Below are positions 11,469-23,263 of a stretch of DNA of 64,000 nucleotides, in pieces. The stretch is from a virus (taxonomy: Duplodnaviria > Caudoviricetes). The translations under genes and the position numbers were made by a program. Where the stretch lies: the IMG/VR virus record IMGVR_UViG_3300021600_000393, positions 1 to 64,000 of that record. One strand, 5' to 3'. The stretch's first letter is position 1, and the number at the start of each line of letters is the position of its first letter. A model generated the notes under the pieces. That model was not told the origin of the DNA and did no database searches. It saw nothing but the letters and a program-made list of their open reading frames with translations.

Positions 11469-13530
11469 AATAATCAGTTATTGGCGAGTTTTGAGTTGTT
11501 GTATTTTCATACCAATAAGTAGTACCTTCTGGAATTAATCTAAAAGTAAACGAACTAAATGGATAATGAGCATTGTTTACAAATGGGTAATTAATCCCAT
11601 TTGAATTTGATTTATTAACCCCATATGATAAAAAATCTCTCCAAATAAATAAATTTTGAGACTTTGAAAAATATGCGTAATTTGGTATATCAACAACAGA
11701 CCTTTCGGCAGTTTCAATATATTCTGAGAATTCTTTTATTTTTATAGAATAATGTGGGTTATAATAATATCCATATGGGTTATGGTTATAAATGGTATTA
11801 GGCGTAAATCCCGTAACAAAATTTAACCCTGTTGGTATAGGGATTGTTGGTTGTATATTTGGCATTTGCAAATTAAAAGAACTATAACCATCCTCATCAA
11901 CGCCATCATAAATGGTTGCCGTAATATTTGGGTAAAAACTAAAATATGCTGGGTTAAAATATATTTTATGGTTAACTTTAGAAATTACTTTTTCAATTTG
12001 TTCACTTTCATTCCATTCACAAAAATCCCCATCAATAATATCATCTTTTTTAAGTGAGTCGACATAATAAAAAGTATTATCATTTTTTGTGTAACTTGTA
12101 AATTCTATATTTGAATGATTTAACGCTCCATTAGATGAACCCCAAAAAGATTGAGGAAACGGCACTAATCCTTGTTTTGTTTGTCCAGAAAAATTTATTG
12201 GAAATTTAACATATATAGGTTGGGATTTCATTCCCAAATTAAAATCCCATCCTCTTTTTAAATAATTTGGATTAATCCCGTTAGGTCCACCGTAAGTCCA
12301 TCCCAAATAACCTTTCCAAATTGTTGTTAAAAATAATTCAGAAATTGGTCTTTTTTGATTATCAAAAATATTTGAAGTGTTAAAATCTTTATTTAACGTA
12401 ATATTATATGTTTGAGAACCTTCTTTAATTGACACTCTTGATTTATAATCAGGCGTTGTTGAAGAACTTTCATATTTTTTATTCACTCCAAAAATATTAT
12501 TTTCAAAACCAGCTTTAGTTAAAACAATATCTTCAGAAGGTACTAATATTTTATGCAATCGTACATAATATTTTGAAGTTGTATCACCAGTATTATCAAT
12601 TGATATTACTCTTTTAGCAACACCTTCATTATCTTGATTAAAAGCAGTACCTGTATACCCTAAATTTGCAATGTTAAAAACATAATCTTCGGTTCCATAT
12701 TGACCATTTCCTAAAGAAAATACTGGGAACGTATCCAAACTACTTGAAAATCCAGTATATGGTAATTTATTAGTGTTAATATCATTACTATTATATATTT
12801 TTAACTTAACAAATTCTCCGGGGGTTAACCCATGTTTAATTGGAGAAGAAAAACGTATAACCTTAGTGCCTTGATATGTAACATTATTATTATACCCAAC
12901 ACTAATTCTAAATGGTATACCTTCATTTGCGTTCCAATTTACATCTCCTTTTTGAGCCCCATCTTCTTTAGGGTCTAAAAAAGCGCTCATTTCTAATGTT
13001 GTACTACTAAATGGATATGTTATATAAAATCCCCAATTATATGTTCCAGCACTTTTAGTGTTAAAAACTATTTGTTCTGTTAAATTTTCAATACCAGGAG
13101 CTTTAGTATATCCAGTCACATTATAATCATTTCTAATAAAATCAAATTCATTATATTGTGGAAATCCTGACCAAATAACCGCATTATTTTTACTACCAAT
13201 TGGAATTGTACTATCATTAAAAACAGAACACGATAAATAAGACGCTTTACCCTCATTTACATAATATAAATTATTTTCAAATGGAGGATAATTTGTTGTT
13301 CCTGAATAAAAATTTTTAAATAATAATTCTATTTTAAATGTTGGTCTAAAAATTTTAGATAATTCTCTTTCATCATTATATAATTGCGCTAAATTAACAT
13401 TAGAAATCCTATCATATTGAATTAATTCTTTAACATTTTGTTCAAATGGAATAGGGATAATTAAGTTTGAATTTGGAGCTGATTTATATTTTAAGCTCCC
13501 TAGTAATATTTTTATTCCGTCTCGACTCAT
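11461..13530 (-). CDS. Hypothetical virion/baseplate protein
   Basis: 689-aa ORF in the structural operon. Confidence 0.55.
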   Translation of the reverse strand: MSRDGIKILLGSLKYKSAPNSNLIIPIPFEQNVKELIQYDRISNVNLAQLYNDERELSKIFRPTFKIELLFKNFYSGTTNYPPFENNLYYVNEGKASYLSCSVFNDSTIPIGSKNNAVIWSGFPQYNEFDFIRNDYNVTGYTKAPGIENLTEQIVFNTKSAGTYNWGFYITYPFSSTTLEMSAFLDPKEDGAQKGDVNWNANEGIPFRISVGYNNNVTYQGTKVIRFSSPIKHGLTPGEFVKLKIYNSNDINTNKLPYTGFSSSLDTFPVFSLGNGQYGTEDYVFNIANLGYTGTAFNQDNEGVAKRVISIDNTGDTTSKYYVRLHKILVPSEDIVLTKAGFENNIFGVNKKYESSSTTPDYKSRVSIKEGSQTYNITLNKDFNTSNIFDNQKRPISELFLTTIWKGYLGWTYGGPNGINPNYLKRGWDFNLGMKSQPIYVKFPINFSGQTKQGLVPFPQSFWGSSNGALNHSNIEFTSYTKNDNTFYYVDSLKKDDIIDGDFCEWNESEQIEKVISKVNHKIYFNPAYFSFYPNITATIYDGVDEDGYSSFNLQMPNIQPTIPIPTGLNFVTGFTPNTIYNHNPYGYYYNPHYSIKIKEFSEYIETAERSVVDIPNYAYFSKSQNLFIWRDFLSYGVNKSNSNGINYPFVNNAHYPFSSFTFRLIPEGTTYWYENTTTQNSPITDYCE

Positions 13531-13544
13531 TTTAATTTAGTGTT

Positions 13545-16500
13545 TTATATAAAAACATTTTCAGAATTAACCCATTTTTTATTAAATAAATCAATTGCCG
13601 TTTTTCCTTTTTTTAATCCAAAATAAAAATAAAAAGGCGTTCCAAACGTTACTAAATTATTATTATCACTTGGAGATGTTGAAGTGTTTTTTGACCATGT
13701 ACTAATACTACTATTAATAGTGACACCTGTACCTGGCCCGTTTGACACACCATAAATATATCCCTTAAAAAAATTAGTTTTTGTTTCAATATTTGTTTTA
13801 AAAAATCTTGATTGTGTTTCTAACCTATCTAAAGATTGGTATTTATATGAAAAAAATGTTTCAGTGTTTCCAGTTGTTTTTTTAACAAGCCCTGTATACC
13901 ATTCATTAGTTTCATTACCAAAAATAAATGATGTTGGTGTTTGTGTATTTAAAATACCAAGCCCTATTGTTTGTTTAATTTCCCATTGATACATAGGGAT
14001 TTGTTGTGAAAAATTAGATAATTCGTTAAACGAGCAAAAACTATTTGGAACGTCACCGTTAATTAATGTTCTACGTGGTGACACTAAATCTCTTATTTCC
14101 AAATCAGAATCATAAAACACGCCAAAAGTTGGCCCAACTTTAGAATAAAATATTGGATTGCTTGTAAATCCAGTATTGTTTCCATAATTAGCCTCATCAA
14201 AAGGAGCCACTCCAACTTGAGAATTAGTTGATACCATTTGAGCATAATCTCCATCAATATATAAACCCCTTGAAAAAAAACCGGTCACTAAAAAAGTAAA
14301 CTCTTTTGTAACTACTCTACTTAATATAAATAAATTAAGTAAAGGGTCAACATCACTAAAACTACTTTTATTTAAATTAGTAATATTATACCCATCTAAA
14401 TCATCAGACATAACAATTTCTTGTAAATATTTTGACCTAGGACCCAAGTCCATAATTGTTGTTGGGAATTTAATAAATTTATCGTTTCGACTTCTACCAA
14501 ACGATGGATTGTTAATTCCTATAAATGCACCATCTTGTCTTGTGTCACCTGCTAAAAATGGGCTTGACCTATAATAAAATTCGTTTGTTTTAGAATGCAA
14601 TCTTACAGTGTCCTTACAATATCTACTATACGGGTAATTTGCACTAAAAAATACGCCATATTTTGTTAAATACGGATTTGTTGGACTTACTTTTTTAAAA
14701 TTTGTAAATACTGGTGTAAATCTCCTATCGTTTTTAATTGGAAATGCAAATAAAGTACCATTTATCCAATTATTCCTAAAAACATGACCAAAAACATTTC
14801 GACATGCCGCATAATTTACATTTAATCTATTTCTCCATTCATATATAAGTGCAAAATCTTTACCATTTATTAAAGTATCAAAAATTTTTGTTATCGTTAT
14901 ATAACAACCATTCATTAGTATTTTATCAGTCACTTCAGTACCAACATTGTTATAAAAACATTTGTTATTTTGTGGTAAAACTCCAATAGTATTATTATCG
15001 GTAGTATAACAATCTAACGGAATTAACCCATCACAAGTTGTGGTTGCAAGTGCGTTAGTTGCAAAATTTTCTCCTGCATCGTCTTGTCCGGAAGCAAAAC
15101 CAATAGGTGTTTTTGGAGTTCCTCCTAAAGAAAATGAAAGTCCGTTTTCATCAAGTAAATACGCGGTAAAATATTGATTAGTATGTAATGCAAAACTACT
15201 ATTACCCCCATATGAACTATCTACTTTATTTTCAGTTGTTGATGTTGGTAACCTATCAGACCTCATAATTAATTTACTAGTATCTTCAGTTATTTTAATT
15301 TCAATAACATTATCTTTATTATAGGTTGGAGAATAATAATATCCATCGTAAGCCCATTTACCAACATTAGCTAAATATTCTGTTTGATTATTATAACAAT
15401 TTAACCCTGTATTATACTTATTTTTAAGTAACATGACCCCGCCACCTTCTAAAAATTCATTTGAATAATACCCTCTATTTAACGGCTCTCTATTAATAAA
15501 AACAGAATAACTGTTTTTTATTGAAATCCCAAAAGCTGTATTATCTTTATATGTCACATTAAAACTTGAAGGGCTTCCGTAGTTAGTTCCCATATCAAAA
15601 ATAGGTGTTCCAGTTTGAGTATGATATTTATTTGGGAGTAATAATGGTGAAGGAAACTCAGTTTTATTTAAAGTAAAAAATTTCATAGTAAAAACACCCT
15701 TCAATAGTGTTTGCCAAGAAATTGCAATTTCTTTTGTCATTCTATTAACTTTTAAAATAACATCACTTGGTGTTCCATTTGCAACACTATCAAACGTCAC
15801 TTCAATTTGATTAATAGTTTTTAAAGTAATATTTGGCATAAAAATTATACCATAACCAGTATCATATTCATCAATAGATACATTAAATGTTTTATAATAT
15901 ATTTTGCCTTCACTATTAATCCAACACACAATTAATTCTTTAGAAAGAGGATTAAAATCTAAAGAAAATGATATTACAGTATCCGTTGTTAATATTTCAC
16001 TACCATTAAAATTAGTTCCAACATTATCTGCACTTGTAGGTCCAAAAGTTTTTACTAAATTTCCATTAAAATCAAAGACACTAAAATATAAAGTAGAATC
16101 ACTAGTTTTTCTATATCCACAAGCGTAAAGATTTACAATATCATCCATCCCAACACCATATGAACGAATTAAATCAGATTCGTTATATATTGTTATTTTT
16201 GTTATATCAACAGGGAATGTAGAAATAGGTAAAAACACACTTCCATTTACGAATGTGTCAGGACTAAGTTGACCTGTTACATATCTTTGAGCTCTATTTA
16301 TAAACATTAACACTGGAATTCCTTCAGTTAATGCAGTTCCTCCAACAGGCATATCTGAATATGATGGAACAGGAAACATTAAAATAATACCGCTACTTAT
16401 ATAATCCACCTCAATATCAAAATCAATAAATGAAGTATTTCCACCACTATTTAAAAAACCAACATCGATAAGACTCTCCCCTAAAAAATTAACAGGTGAC

Positions 16501-19500
16501 GTGAGAGTATTAGGAAGAGTCACATCAAAATCTTGATTCCAAAAAGATATGTTAAGTTTATTAAGTGATGGCAATTTATAAGAATCTAATTTAACAATTG
16601 CAACTTCTCCCCATTTAAAAGGTAAAATTTTAATTTTTGAAATTATAATATCAATATTTGGCGGTCTGTCATAATATAATAATTTTGTATTAACTAATAA
16701 CGTATTTTCATCTCGTATTGCAATTCTAGCAATTGTTGAGGCTCTTGAATATTGTGGTTGTACAGTTGGTACAGTATCCCCACTATATGCAACTAAAGAA
16801 TAACTTTTATGCGAATGTAACGAATCTGTAATATACGTATCACCAATACCAAAACCAATATTAGCCCAATAACCACTTGCAACAGCAGTTATTGTTCCAT
16901 ATGTTGCACCTGTAATATTCAGAAATCTTGCGTAAGTATTATTATAACTTTGAAGAATATCTGATGATGGTAATGCTTTATTATAAATTTTTACGATTGA
17001 CAAATCACCATTCACAAAATTAACAGATGAACCTGAATTTACAATAGTTCCGGACCATTTTCTCATCAGTCTTATATCACCACCTGTTTGTGAAGCTAAT
17101 GATGTAGTAACTGTTCCTCCAGATGCCGCCCCATTAATATATTGTCTTACTGTTGTACCATCATATGTACCAACAACTTGATACCAAACCCCTATAGCAG
17201 GAGCAAATCCTGGAGTTCTTTGCCATCCACCATTTTTATAAAATCCTACAGACAGATTATGAGAAGGAGTATCATTCGTACCAATACTAAAATTTAAATT
17301 TGAATTATCAAATTGATTTGTAATAATTGAAGTAAGTTTAGTTGACAATGAAGTTGTTAATCTAAACCAAACTTCAACGGTCCAATTAGATAAAGTTCCA
17401 ATGTTAGGTATTGTTGCATATTCAAAAGACGTACCGGTCATTGTGGGACTATTAACAAATTGTAATTTTCCATTATAAGACGATGAATATGTTGGTGAAT
17501 TAAATAATGTAGAATTATTTGCTCCAATTAAATCATTCCATATACTACCTGTTCCAGGATAAGACGCTAAATTTCCTGAATCAAGATTAATTAATAACCC
17601 CTCAGGTGGTTGAGTTAATGCATGATAAGTACGAACCTTATAATTATAAGGTGCGTTAATATTCATGTGAAAAGGAATTGGTTTAACAACGTAACCCCAA
17701 TTGTTATAATTCCAAGCAGTATTTGCGTGGGTAATTATCCAAGTCGGATTACAATCAGCACATGGCCAACATGCTCCACTTTCAGCTGATGTGGCCATTG
17801 ATAAATCTATCTCAATTTGACGTTTAAATTCTCTAACAAAATAATTAGTTTGGTTAGGTAAACAATTTGTATAACCATCATAATTTTGAATTGCTTCACT
17901 AAATGGTGGAGTATCAATTAAATTATCCGGTTTATAAAAATCATTATTTGGCGTATTTGTATTGCCATCCCTTACTCCCGATTGAGTAAGTTTATCAAAA
18001 CTTGAATAATACATTGGTAAATTAGTCGTATATGAACTAAACGATGCGTTTCCGGAAAATGCAGGTTTAAATCTAAATGAATCGTGATAAAGTGTACCAT
18101 CGGCTTCATTTAAATAAATATCAGGGTCTAAATTACTTGAAATACTATGACTAATACTATTAATATTACCTTTTATTGGGTGATTTAAAAAATAATTCCC
18201 CTCAATTATTAATTGTGAACGTTTCCCCCATTCTTCATCTGTATTATACCCGAATAACCATGATAAATCATATTTGTTTTTTTGTTTTGTTGAATTTGGG
18301 TCAACACCTCTAACACATATAACAACACCTTGTTTTTTACCATCAGAAATTGCCCCTAAAGAATTAACTGTGAACGCACTAGATGCTTGATAATCCCAAT
18401 CCCCATACTCCGTTTTTAATATTTCAAACTTACTAGAATTTCCTAAATAACGACTGTTTAAAGTTACTTCTGTTTCGTTAGGGTTACACATACTTGAAAA
18501 CGTCTCATAAGTCATTGCGGTAATAACCATAAAATATTCAATATCTGTAGCAAATTTTGCGTACATATCCCCTTGTTCTTGCGGTAAAAGATAATCAACC
18601 CCTAACTCTCCGCTACCGTTTGGATTTGCATATGTTATATTAATATTAGAATTAGTTCCCGTATTAATTGCTGTTCCTGTTACACTAAGACTACCATATT
18701 GATTTAACTCACTAAGACCATTTATATTATTATCACTTGAATCGTTAGTATTTTGAAACGATAATAATTGTCCAGGTTTAAGTTTTTTTAATTGGTCATT
18801 ATTAAGTAATAAGGTTAACGTATTATCATAATGAAATTTATTAGGCCCACTATTTAAATCACTACCAAAAGTAACTTTAATACGATTAACCCCTAATCCA
18901 TGATAATTATTATAATTTTCATCAAAATATTTTGATTTAAGATTAAACAAATTCATTCTTTCACTTATTGGTAAACTTAATGAAAATGATAATCTAGTAT
19001 TAGTAACAGGATTTTGACTTAATATTGACCAATAATTATAATCAATATTTTGACCAAATTCAGTATATTGTGGTACTCTTGTTTTAGAAGTTGTAAGTAA
19101 AGTTTGGTTAGGTTCTATCCCAGAAAGTATTGTAGAAATTTTTGAATTTTGTGCTTTATAAAACATTGTAGTCGATGTCGTACCAATAGTAGGGGGGTCA
19201 GGGGGACCATTTACAGGTGCTATTAACAATGTTGCACTAGGAAGATTTGGTATATATTTAGTTACATCGTTAAAAATTAAACCTAATGTAATAGGAGCTA
19301 AAAAACTATTTTTATTTAATTGTTGACTTATTAATTTTTGAATTCCTATTTGGGGGTCATTTTCAACCGCATTCACATTATTATCAGGACTTGATTCATT
19401 AACATTACAGTCACAAAGCTCACAATCAGGATATGTTAACATTGGAATTTTGACTCTTTCAAAATATTTATACAGATTCCTTATCCGTTCCGCAAGAGCT

Positions 19501-21332
19501 TCTAACTGGTCGGCAGCAGTATTACACCAAGTAACATATGCCATATCATCAAAGGGATACCAACCGTCACTACAAAACATAATACATTTCCCGAGTACAT
19601 TTAGTGCTCCAAATCCAAGTCCTCTTATTGAATCTATTATTACATGATTTATAAAATCACAAATTTTTCTTAAAACCCACGCTATAGAATCAAGTATCCA
19701 ACCGATAAACATTCCAAGAATTTTAAGAAGTGTACCTACAATGTGAAAAATAATTACAATAACATTTATTATTATATATGCCACCAAAAGTAAAATTGAA
19801 AATAACAAAAATATAATGTCAAATCTATATTGACCATCGTTTACTGGAAATTTATTATTTTCACTTGCACATTCAGAATTAAGAATATGTTTAATAGCGA
19901 TTTTTCTATTTAATAAAGCCCCACTATTATAACTGTCCATCATTTGGGAAACAGTATATACTTTATTATAAGTTAACTCATAAAAATAATCATCACATTT
20001 AATTGCCACTTCTGGGTCAGGATAATCATTCCAATCAGTACTAAACGAGTATGATTTTTCGGCCAAAGCGGCATTTTCACTATAATTTAAAAATTCTGAA
20101 TTAATCACTTGAATTGCACCATTATTTTCAAAAAATGGGTCTTGGTCATCGGTCCAATATTCTCTAATATTAGGCACTAAAAAATACCCTCTTTTAATAG
20201 CCTCAGATAAAGTATCTCCTTGCGCCCATTTAATTTTAAAACGATATTTTCCTTTAGTAGGGATACCAACTTTTGGGTCTGGAGAAATTATTTGTTCTCC
20301 AAATTCATTAGTTATCACATAATCTAAATTCATTGGTACGTCTACCATCCAAGCACCGTTTTCATCAATTACTTGACCACCTTGTTCTATATCATATAAC
20401 TCTAATCCCGGATAACCAGTGGTAGGGTCAATATACAAAGTTTGTCTTAAAGCTTGGATAATCCCTGGTCCGGCAATTAAACTACATTGGTCTCCTAAAT
20501 TTAATTTTGGTTTACAATTTCTTTTTTGATAATCCACCTCATCACCAGTGATTAACGACCCCATAAATATTGAAGTTGGAGTTATTTGAATTTTAGTTTC
20601 TTTTGTTAAATCAAAATCAACTCTATTAACCCCCAAATTACAAATTTCAGGTTGTCCCCAAAGTGGTTGTACTTCTACGGATTTATTTAATGAAAAAATT
20701 TGTGGTAATTCGTTTAAATTTTCAGACGCTTTAAATTTAATCCCAGCCACTTGTCCTGGAGTCGCTATTCCCATTCTAATTAAATCTTGAGGAGCTAATG
20801 AAAATTCACCAATATCTGATAAATCAACATCCGCATGAATGGTATAAGTTCCAATTGGAACCCCAAAAATCATAAAATCACCACTAGTGTTTGTTGACGC
20901 ACAATATTTATAATATTTATCGTAAACTTCAATTAAGGTTGGTGAAACTAATACATCTTCTCTATCAAAAAAAGTGCCTGTTGGATTATGAGCAGAATGT
21001 GATTTTTTATATGGTAATAAATTATACCTATAACCATCTGCATTTTGGTCGGTTATTTTTTCATAGGGATATAAATCATAAATTAACGGATTTAACTTAT
21101 CTTGTTCTGAAACAGGTATAAATATTGATACTTTAACATTAGGTATTCCATACCCACCATTAACAGTTAATCTACCTACAATAACACCATAGTCAGCACA
21201 AGGCCTTGTATAAATTTGTTCTTGTAAAATTTTGAGTGATAAAATTTCTAAATATTCAAAGTCTTGGTCTAACTGAACACTAAGATAACTATCAACACCA
21301 ACTTTAGTTCTTAATCTGTAAGAATTTGCCAT
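13545..21332 (-). CDS. Giant (2595 aa) virion protein with carboxypeptidase-regulatory-like N-domain, hydrophobic helical segment and LamG/ConA-like domain
   Basis: N-terminal YGVIVGR...GIPNVKVSIF...TNTSGDFMIFGVPIGTYTIH. Long hydrophobic run IIFLLFSILLLVAYIIINVIIVIIFHIVG. LamG motifs WTVEVWF...WYQVVGTYDGTTVRQYING...GDLSIVKIYNKAL. Confidence 0.7.
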   Translation of the reverse strand: MANSYRLRTKVGVDSYLSVQLDQDFEYLEILSLKILQEQIYTRPCADYGVIVGRLTVNGGYGIPNVKVSIFIPVSEQDKLNPLIYDLYPYEKITDQNADGYRYNLLPYKKSHSAHNPTGTFFDREDVLVSPTLIEVYDKYYKYCASTNTSGDFMIFGVPIGTYTIHADVDLSDIGEFSLAPQDLIRMGIATPGQVAGIKFKASENLNELPQIFSLNKSVEVQPLWGQPEICNLGVNRVDFDLTKETKIQITPTSIFMGSLITGDEVDYQKRNCKPKLNLGDQCSLIAGPGIIQALRQTLYIDPTTGYPGLELYDIEQGGQVIDENGAWMVDVPMNLDYVITNEFGEQIISPDPKVGIPTKGKYRFKIKWAQGDTLSEAIKRGYFLVPNIREYWTDDQDPFFENNGAIQVINSEFLNYSENAALAEKSYSFSTDWNDYPDPEVAIKCDDYFYELTYNKVYTVSQMMDSYNSGALLNRKIAIKHILNSECASENNKFPVNDGQYRFDIIFLLFSILLLVAYIIINVIVIIFHIVGTLLKILGMFIGWILDSIAWVLRKICDFINHVIIDSIRGLGFGALNVLGKCIMFCSDGWYPFDDMAYVTWCNTAADQLEALAERIRNLYKYFERVKIPMLTYPDCELCDCNVNESSPDNNVNAVENDPQIGIQKLISQQLNKNSFLAPITLGLIFNDVTKYIPNLPSATLLIAPVNGPPDPPTIGTTSTTMFYKAQNSKISTILSGIEPNQTLLTTSKTRVPQYTEFGQNIDYNYWSILSQNPVTNTRLSFSLSLPISERMNLFNLKSKYFDENYNNYHGLGVNRIKVTFGSDLNSGPNKFHYDNTLTLLLNNDQLKKLKPGQLLSFQNTNDSSDNNINGLSELNQYGSLSVTGTAINTGTNSNINITYANPNGSGELGVDYLLPQEQGDMYAKFATDIEYFMVITAMTYETFSSMCNPNETEVTLNSRYLGNSSKFEILKTEYGDWDYQASSAFTVNSLGAISDGKKQGVVICVRGVDPNSTKQKNKYDLSWLFGYNTDEEWGKRSQLIIEGNYFLNHPIKGNINSISHSISSNLDPDIYLNEADGTLYHDSFRFKPAFSGNASFSSYTTNLPMYYSSFDKLTQSGVRDGNTNTPNNDFYKPDNLIDTPPFSEAIQNYDGYTNCLPNQTNYFVREFKRQIEIDLSMATSAESGACWPCADCNPTWIITHANTAWNYNNWGYVVKPIPFHMNINAPYNYKVRTYHALTQPPEGLLINLDSGNLASYPGTGSIWNDLIGANNSTLFNSPTYSSSYNGKLQFVNSPTMTGTSFEYATIPNIGTLSNWTVEVWFRLTTSLSTKLTSIITNQFDNSNLNFSIGTNDTPSHNLSVGFYKNGGWQRTPGFAPAIGVWYQVVGTYDGTTVRQYINGAASGGTVTTSLASQTGGDIRLMRKWSGTIVNSGSSVNFVNGDLSIVKIYNKALPSSDILQSYNNTYARFLNITGATYGTITAVASGYWANIGFGIGDTYITDSLHSHKSYSLVAYSGDTVPTVQPQYSRASTIARIAIRDENTLLVNTKLLYYDRPPNIDIIISKIKILPFKWGEVAIVKLDSYKLPSLNKLNISFWNQDFDVTLPNTLTSPVNFLGESLIDVGFLNSGGNTSFIDFDIEVDYISSGIILMFPVPSYSDMPVGGTALTEGIPVLMFINRAQRYVTGQLSPDTFVNGSVFLPISTFPVDITKITIYNESDLIRSYGVGMDDIVNLYACGYRKTSDSTLYFSVFDFNGNLVKTFGPTSADNVGTNFNGSEILTTDTVISFSLDFNPLSKELIVCWINSEGKIYYKTFNVSIDEYDTGYGIIFMPNITLKTINQIEVTFDSVANGTPSDVILKVNRMTKEIAISWQTLLKGVFTMKFFTLNKTEFPSPLLLPNKYHTQTGTPIFDMGTNYGSPSSFNVTYKDNTAFGISIKNSYSVFINREPLNRGYYSNEFLEGGGVMLLKNKYNTGLNCYNNQTEYLANVGKWAYDGYYYSPTYNKDNVIEIKITEDTSKLIMRSDRLPTSTTENKVDSSYGGNSSFALHTNQYFTAYLLDENGLSFSLGGTPKTPIGFASGQDDAGENFATNALATTTCDGLIPLDCYTTDNNTIGVLPQNNKCFYNNVGTEVTDKILMNGCYITITKIFDTLINGKDFALIYEWRNRLNVNYAACRNVFGHVFRNNWINGTLFAFPIKNDRRFTPVFTNFKKVSPTNPYLTKYGVFFSANYPYSRYCKDTVRLHSKTNEFYYRSSPFLAGDTRQDGAFIGINNPSFGRSRNDKFIKFPTTIMDLGPRSKYLQEIVMSDDLDGYNITNLNKSSFSDVDPLLNLFILSRVVTKEFTFLVTGFFSRGLYIDGDYAQMVSTNSQVGVAPFDEANYGNNTGFTSNPIFYSKVGPTFGVFYDSDLEIRDLVSPRRTLINGDVPNSFCSFNELSNFSQQIPMYQWEIKQTIGLGILNTQTPTSFIFGNETNEWYTGLVKKTTGNTETFFSYKYQSLDRLETQSRFFKTNIETKTNFFKGYIYGVSNGPGTGVTINSSISTWSKNTSTSPSDNNNLVTFGTPFYFYFGLKKGKTAIDLFNKKWVNSENVFI

Positions 21333-21417
21333 GGATATTATAAAAAATCTTTCAATAATAAATACTTAAGTATCTATTTTCATTAAAAGATAGTCCAATA
21401 TCTTACAAAATAAATTG

Positions 21418-23256
21418 TTATGAGAATTTAATATTTGTTAGGTTTTGAACTCTAACATTAATGTCTTTAGTTGGGTATCTAATTTGATATGTTTGACTTG
21501 ATTCGGCAAATATTGTGTCACTTATCAATTCAATTTCTTTTGTAACCAAATCTTTATATCTTTGAGATGTTTGTGATGACGAATATAACCCTCCAACTTT
21601 ATTAAAAAAACTTATATTTGATATTGATATTACACCATTTTGGTTTTGTATGTTTTTTCTAAGTTCTGACACATTTACATTTTGCCCCATTTGTCTATTC
21701 CCACTAGAAAAGAAATTTGATATTTGATTAGCAATTGATGAAATTACTACTCCTTGATTTTGAGTATTATCAAGAATAATGTCAATTAAAACACCTAAAT
21801 CAATAACGTTTGCCGATTCAATTGAAATATAATCATTTATCATTCTATAATTAGATAAATAATTTGCTAAATTACTTTTAAGAGTGTTTGAAACAGTTTC
21901 AGTTAACATTCCACTATCGTCATAAGATAACATTTTTATTTTAATTTTATTATTTTCTTCAGTAATACTTACCTTTGCAGGTGCTCCAAATTGCGATGGC
22001 ATTGTTCTTATTAATGATTCATAATCATTAATTGTTACCGCTCTATTTTGAGCCGAAAAATTATAACTGACTAAATTCCTTACCTCTTCTAAAGTAGGAG
22101 TATTAGCTCCACCAATAGCTGCGGTAACGTTAGTACAACCTAATGAATTAACAACACTTGTATTAACAGATGATGACGCCCCATTAACTGAAAAATTAAC
22201 AGTTCCTATTTGGTTAATTACATTAACCCCAACATTTGTCGAAACCCCACCTCCAATTCTATATTGAATAAATAAAGTGGTATTTGATTTAAGTGTACTA
22301 CCTAAAGCAAAATTATTTGAATATTTATATAAATCTAAACTGTGCCCATTTCTTGCAAACTCATTTAATTGTTCATCAGCAGATTGACTTCCACCTCCAA
22401 AAGTCATTTTTAAAAACCCTTCAGGTGTAAACTCAGTGATAAATTTAGTAGAAATTGATATGTATTTTCCAATTTTTATTCCAGGATTATCCGAAATTTT
22501 AGTTGGGTCTTCAACAAAAACTTTATCTTCAATTAACGCTTTTACCTCATACCACCTTCCATCAATCGTCATAAAATCTTGACTACTAGGTATGTTTGCA
22601 AATTGTGTTCCATCTTTTAAGATAACACTTGTAATACCTAAGACATTTTTTTCAGGTAAAAATAACTCAAAAAACGGTTTTACGTCATTTGATGTGATAA
22701 CTCTTTTAAATACTTTTGTAAGCCCATTTACAACGGTTTCTCTTTTTTTAATTGTATAGTTAAGTAATTTACCATTTTCATCATAATTAGGGATTTTAAT
22801 TCTATTAGGAAAACCATCACTTCCAGTTGCCGATGTAAAATCAACGTCATATACAGATTCAAATACCTGACCTGCTCCTATAACTTGAGAACCCCTTCTT
22901 AATATTCCACAATAACTTAAATCTTCATTATCTCCAAGAGGTGGTACAGTAATTGAAAAGTCAACTAACGCCACTGAAGGTCTTTGACCTGGTATTTTTA
23001 ACCCATAGGTTCTGGCAATATTGTAAATTGAGGATGTTTGTTGAGCATATTGTAATACAGTTTCTTGAATACTTCTGTCAATATTAAATTGTAAATTATC
23101 GGTTACCGCCGCATTTAAATCCATTAACGCAGAAAATATAGACGCGTCATTAAAATTTTGAATTAAATCAGGGTAGTAAGCTTTAGTAAAATTAATTAAC
23201 TCTTGTCTTATCCCTTGATAATCTCTCGTTACATATGATATTTTTTTGTTTGCCAT
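21418..23256 (-). CDS. gp6: Baseplate wedge subunit (T4 gp6 / baseplate J-like)
   Basis: N-terminal YVTRDYQGIRQELINF, YRIGGG..TNV, AIGG...EEVR and QNRAVTINDY motifs. Adjacent to a gp25-like gene. Confidence 0.85.
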   Translation of the reverse strand: MANKKISYVTRDYQGIRQELINFTKAYYPDLIQNFNDASIFSALMDLNAAVTDNLQFNIDRSIQETVLQYAQQTSSIYNIARTYGLKIPGQRPSVALVDFSITVPPLGDNEDLSYCGILRRGSQVIGAGQVFESVYDVDFTSATGSDGFPNRIKIPNYDENGKLLNYTIKKRETVVNGLTKVFKRVITSNDVKPFFELFLPEKNVLGITSVILKDGTQFANIPSSQDFMTIDGRWYEVKALIEDKVFVEDPTKISDNPGIKIGKYISISTKFITEFTPEGFLKMTFGGGSQSADEQLNEFARNGHSLDLYKYSNNFALGSTLKSNTTLFIQYRIGGGVSTNVGVNVINQIGTVNFSVNGASSSVNTSVVNSLGCTNVTAAIGGANTPTLEEVRNLVSYNFSAQNRAVTINDYESLIRTMPSQFGAPAKVSITEENNKIKIKMLSYDDSGMLTETVSNTLKSNLANYLSNYRMINDYISIESANVIDLGVLIDIILDNTQNQGVVISSIANQISNFFSSGNRQMGQNVNVSELRKNIQNQNGVISISNISFFNKVGGLYSSSQTSQRYKDLVTKEIELISDTIFAESSQTYQIRYPTKDINVRVQNLTNIKFS

Positions 23257-23263
23257 TATATTA

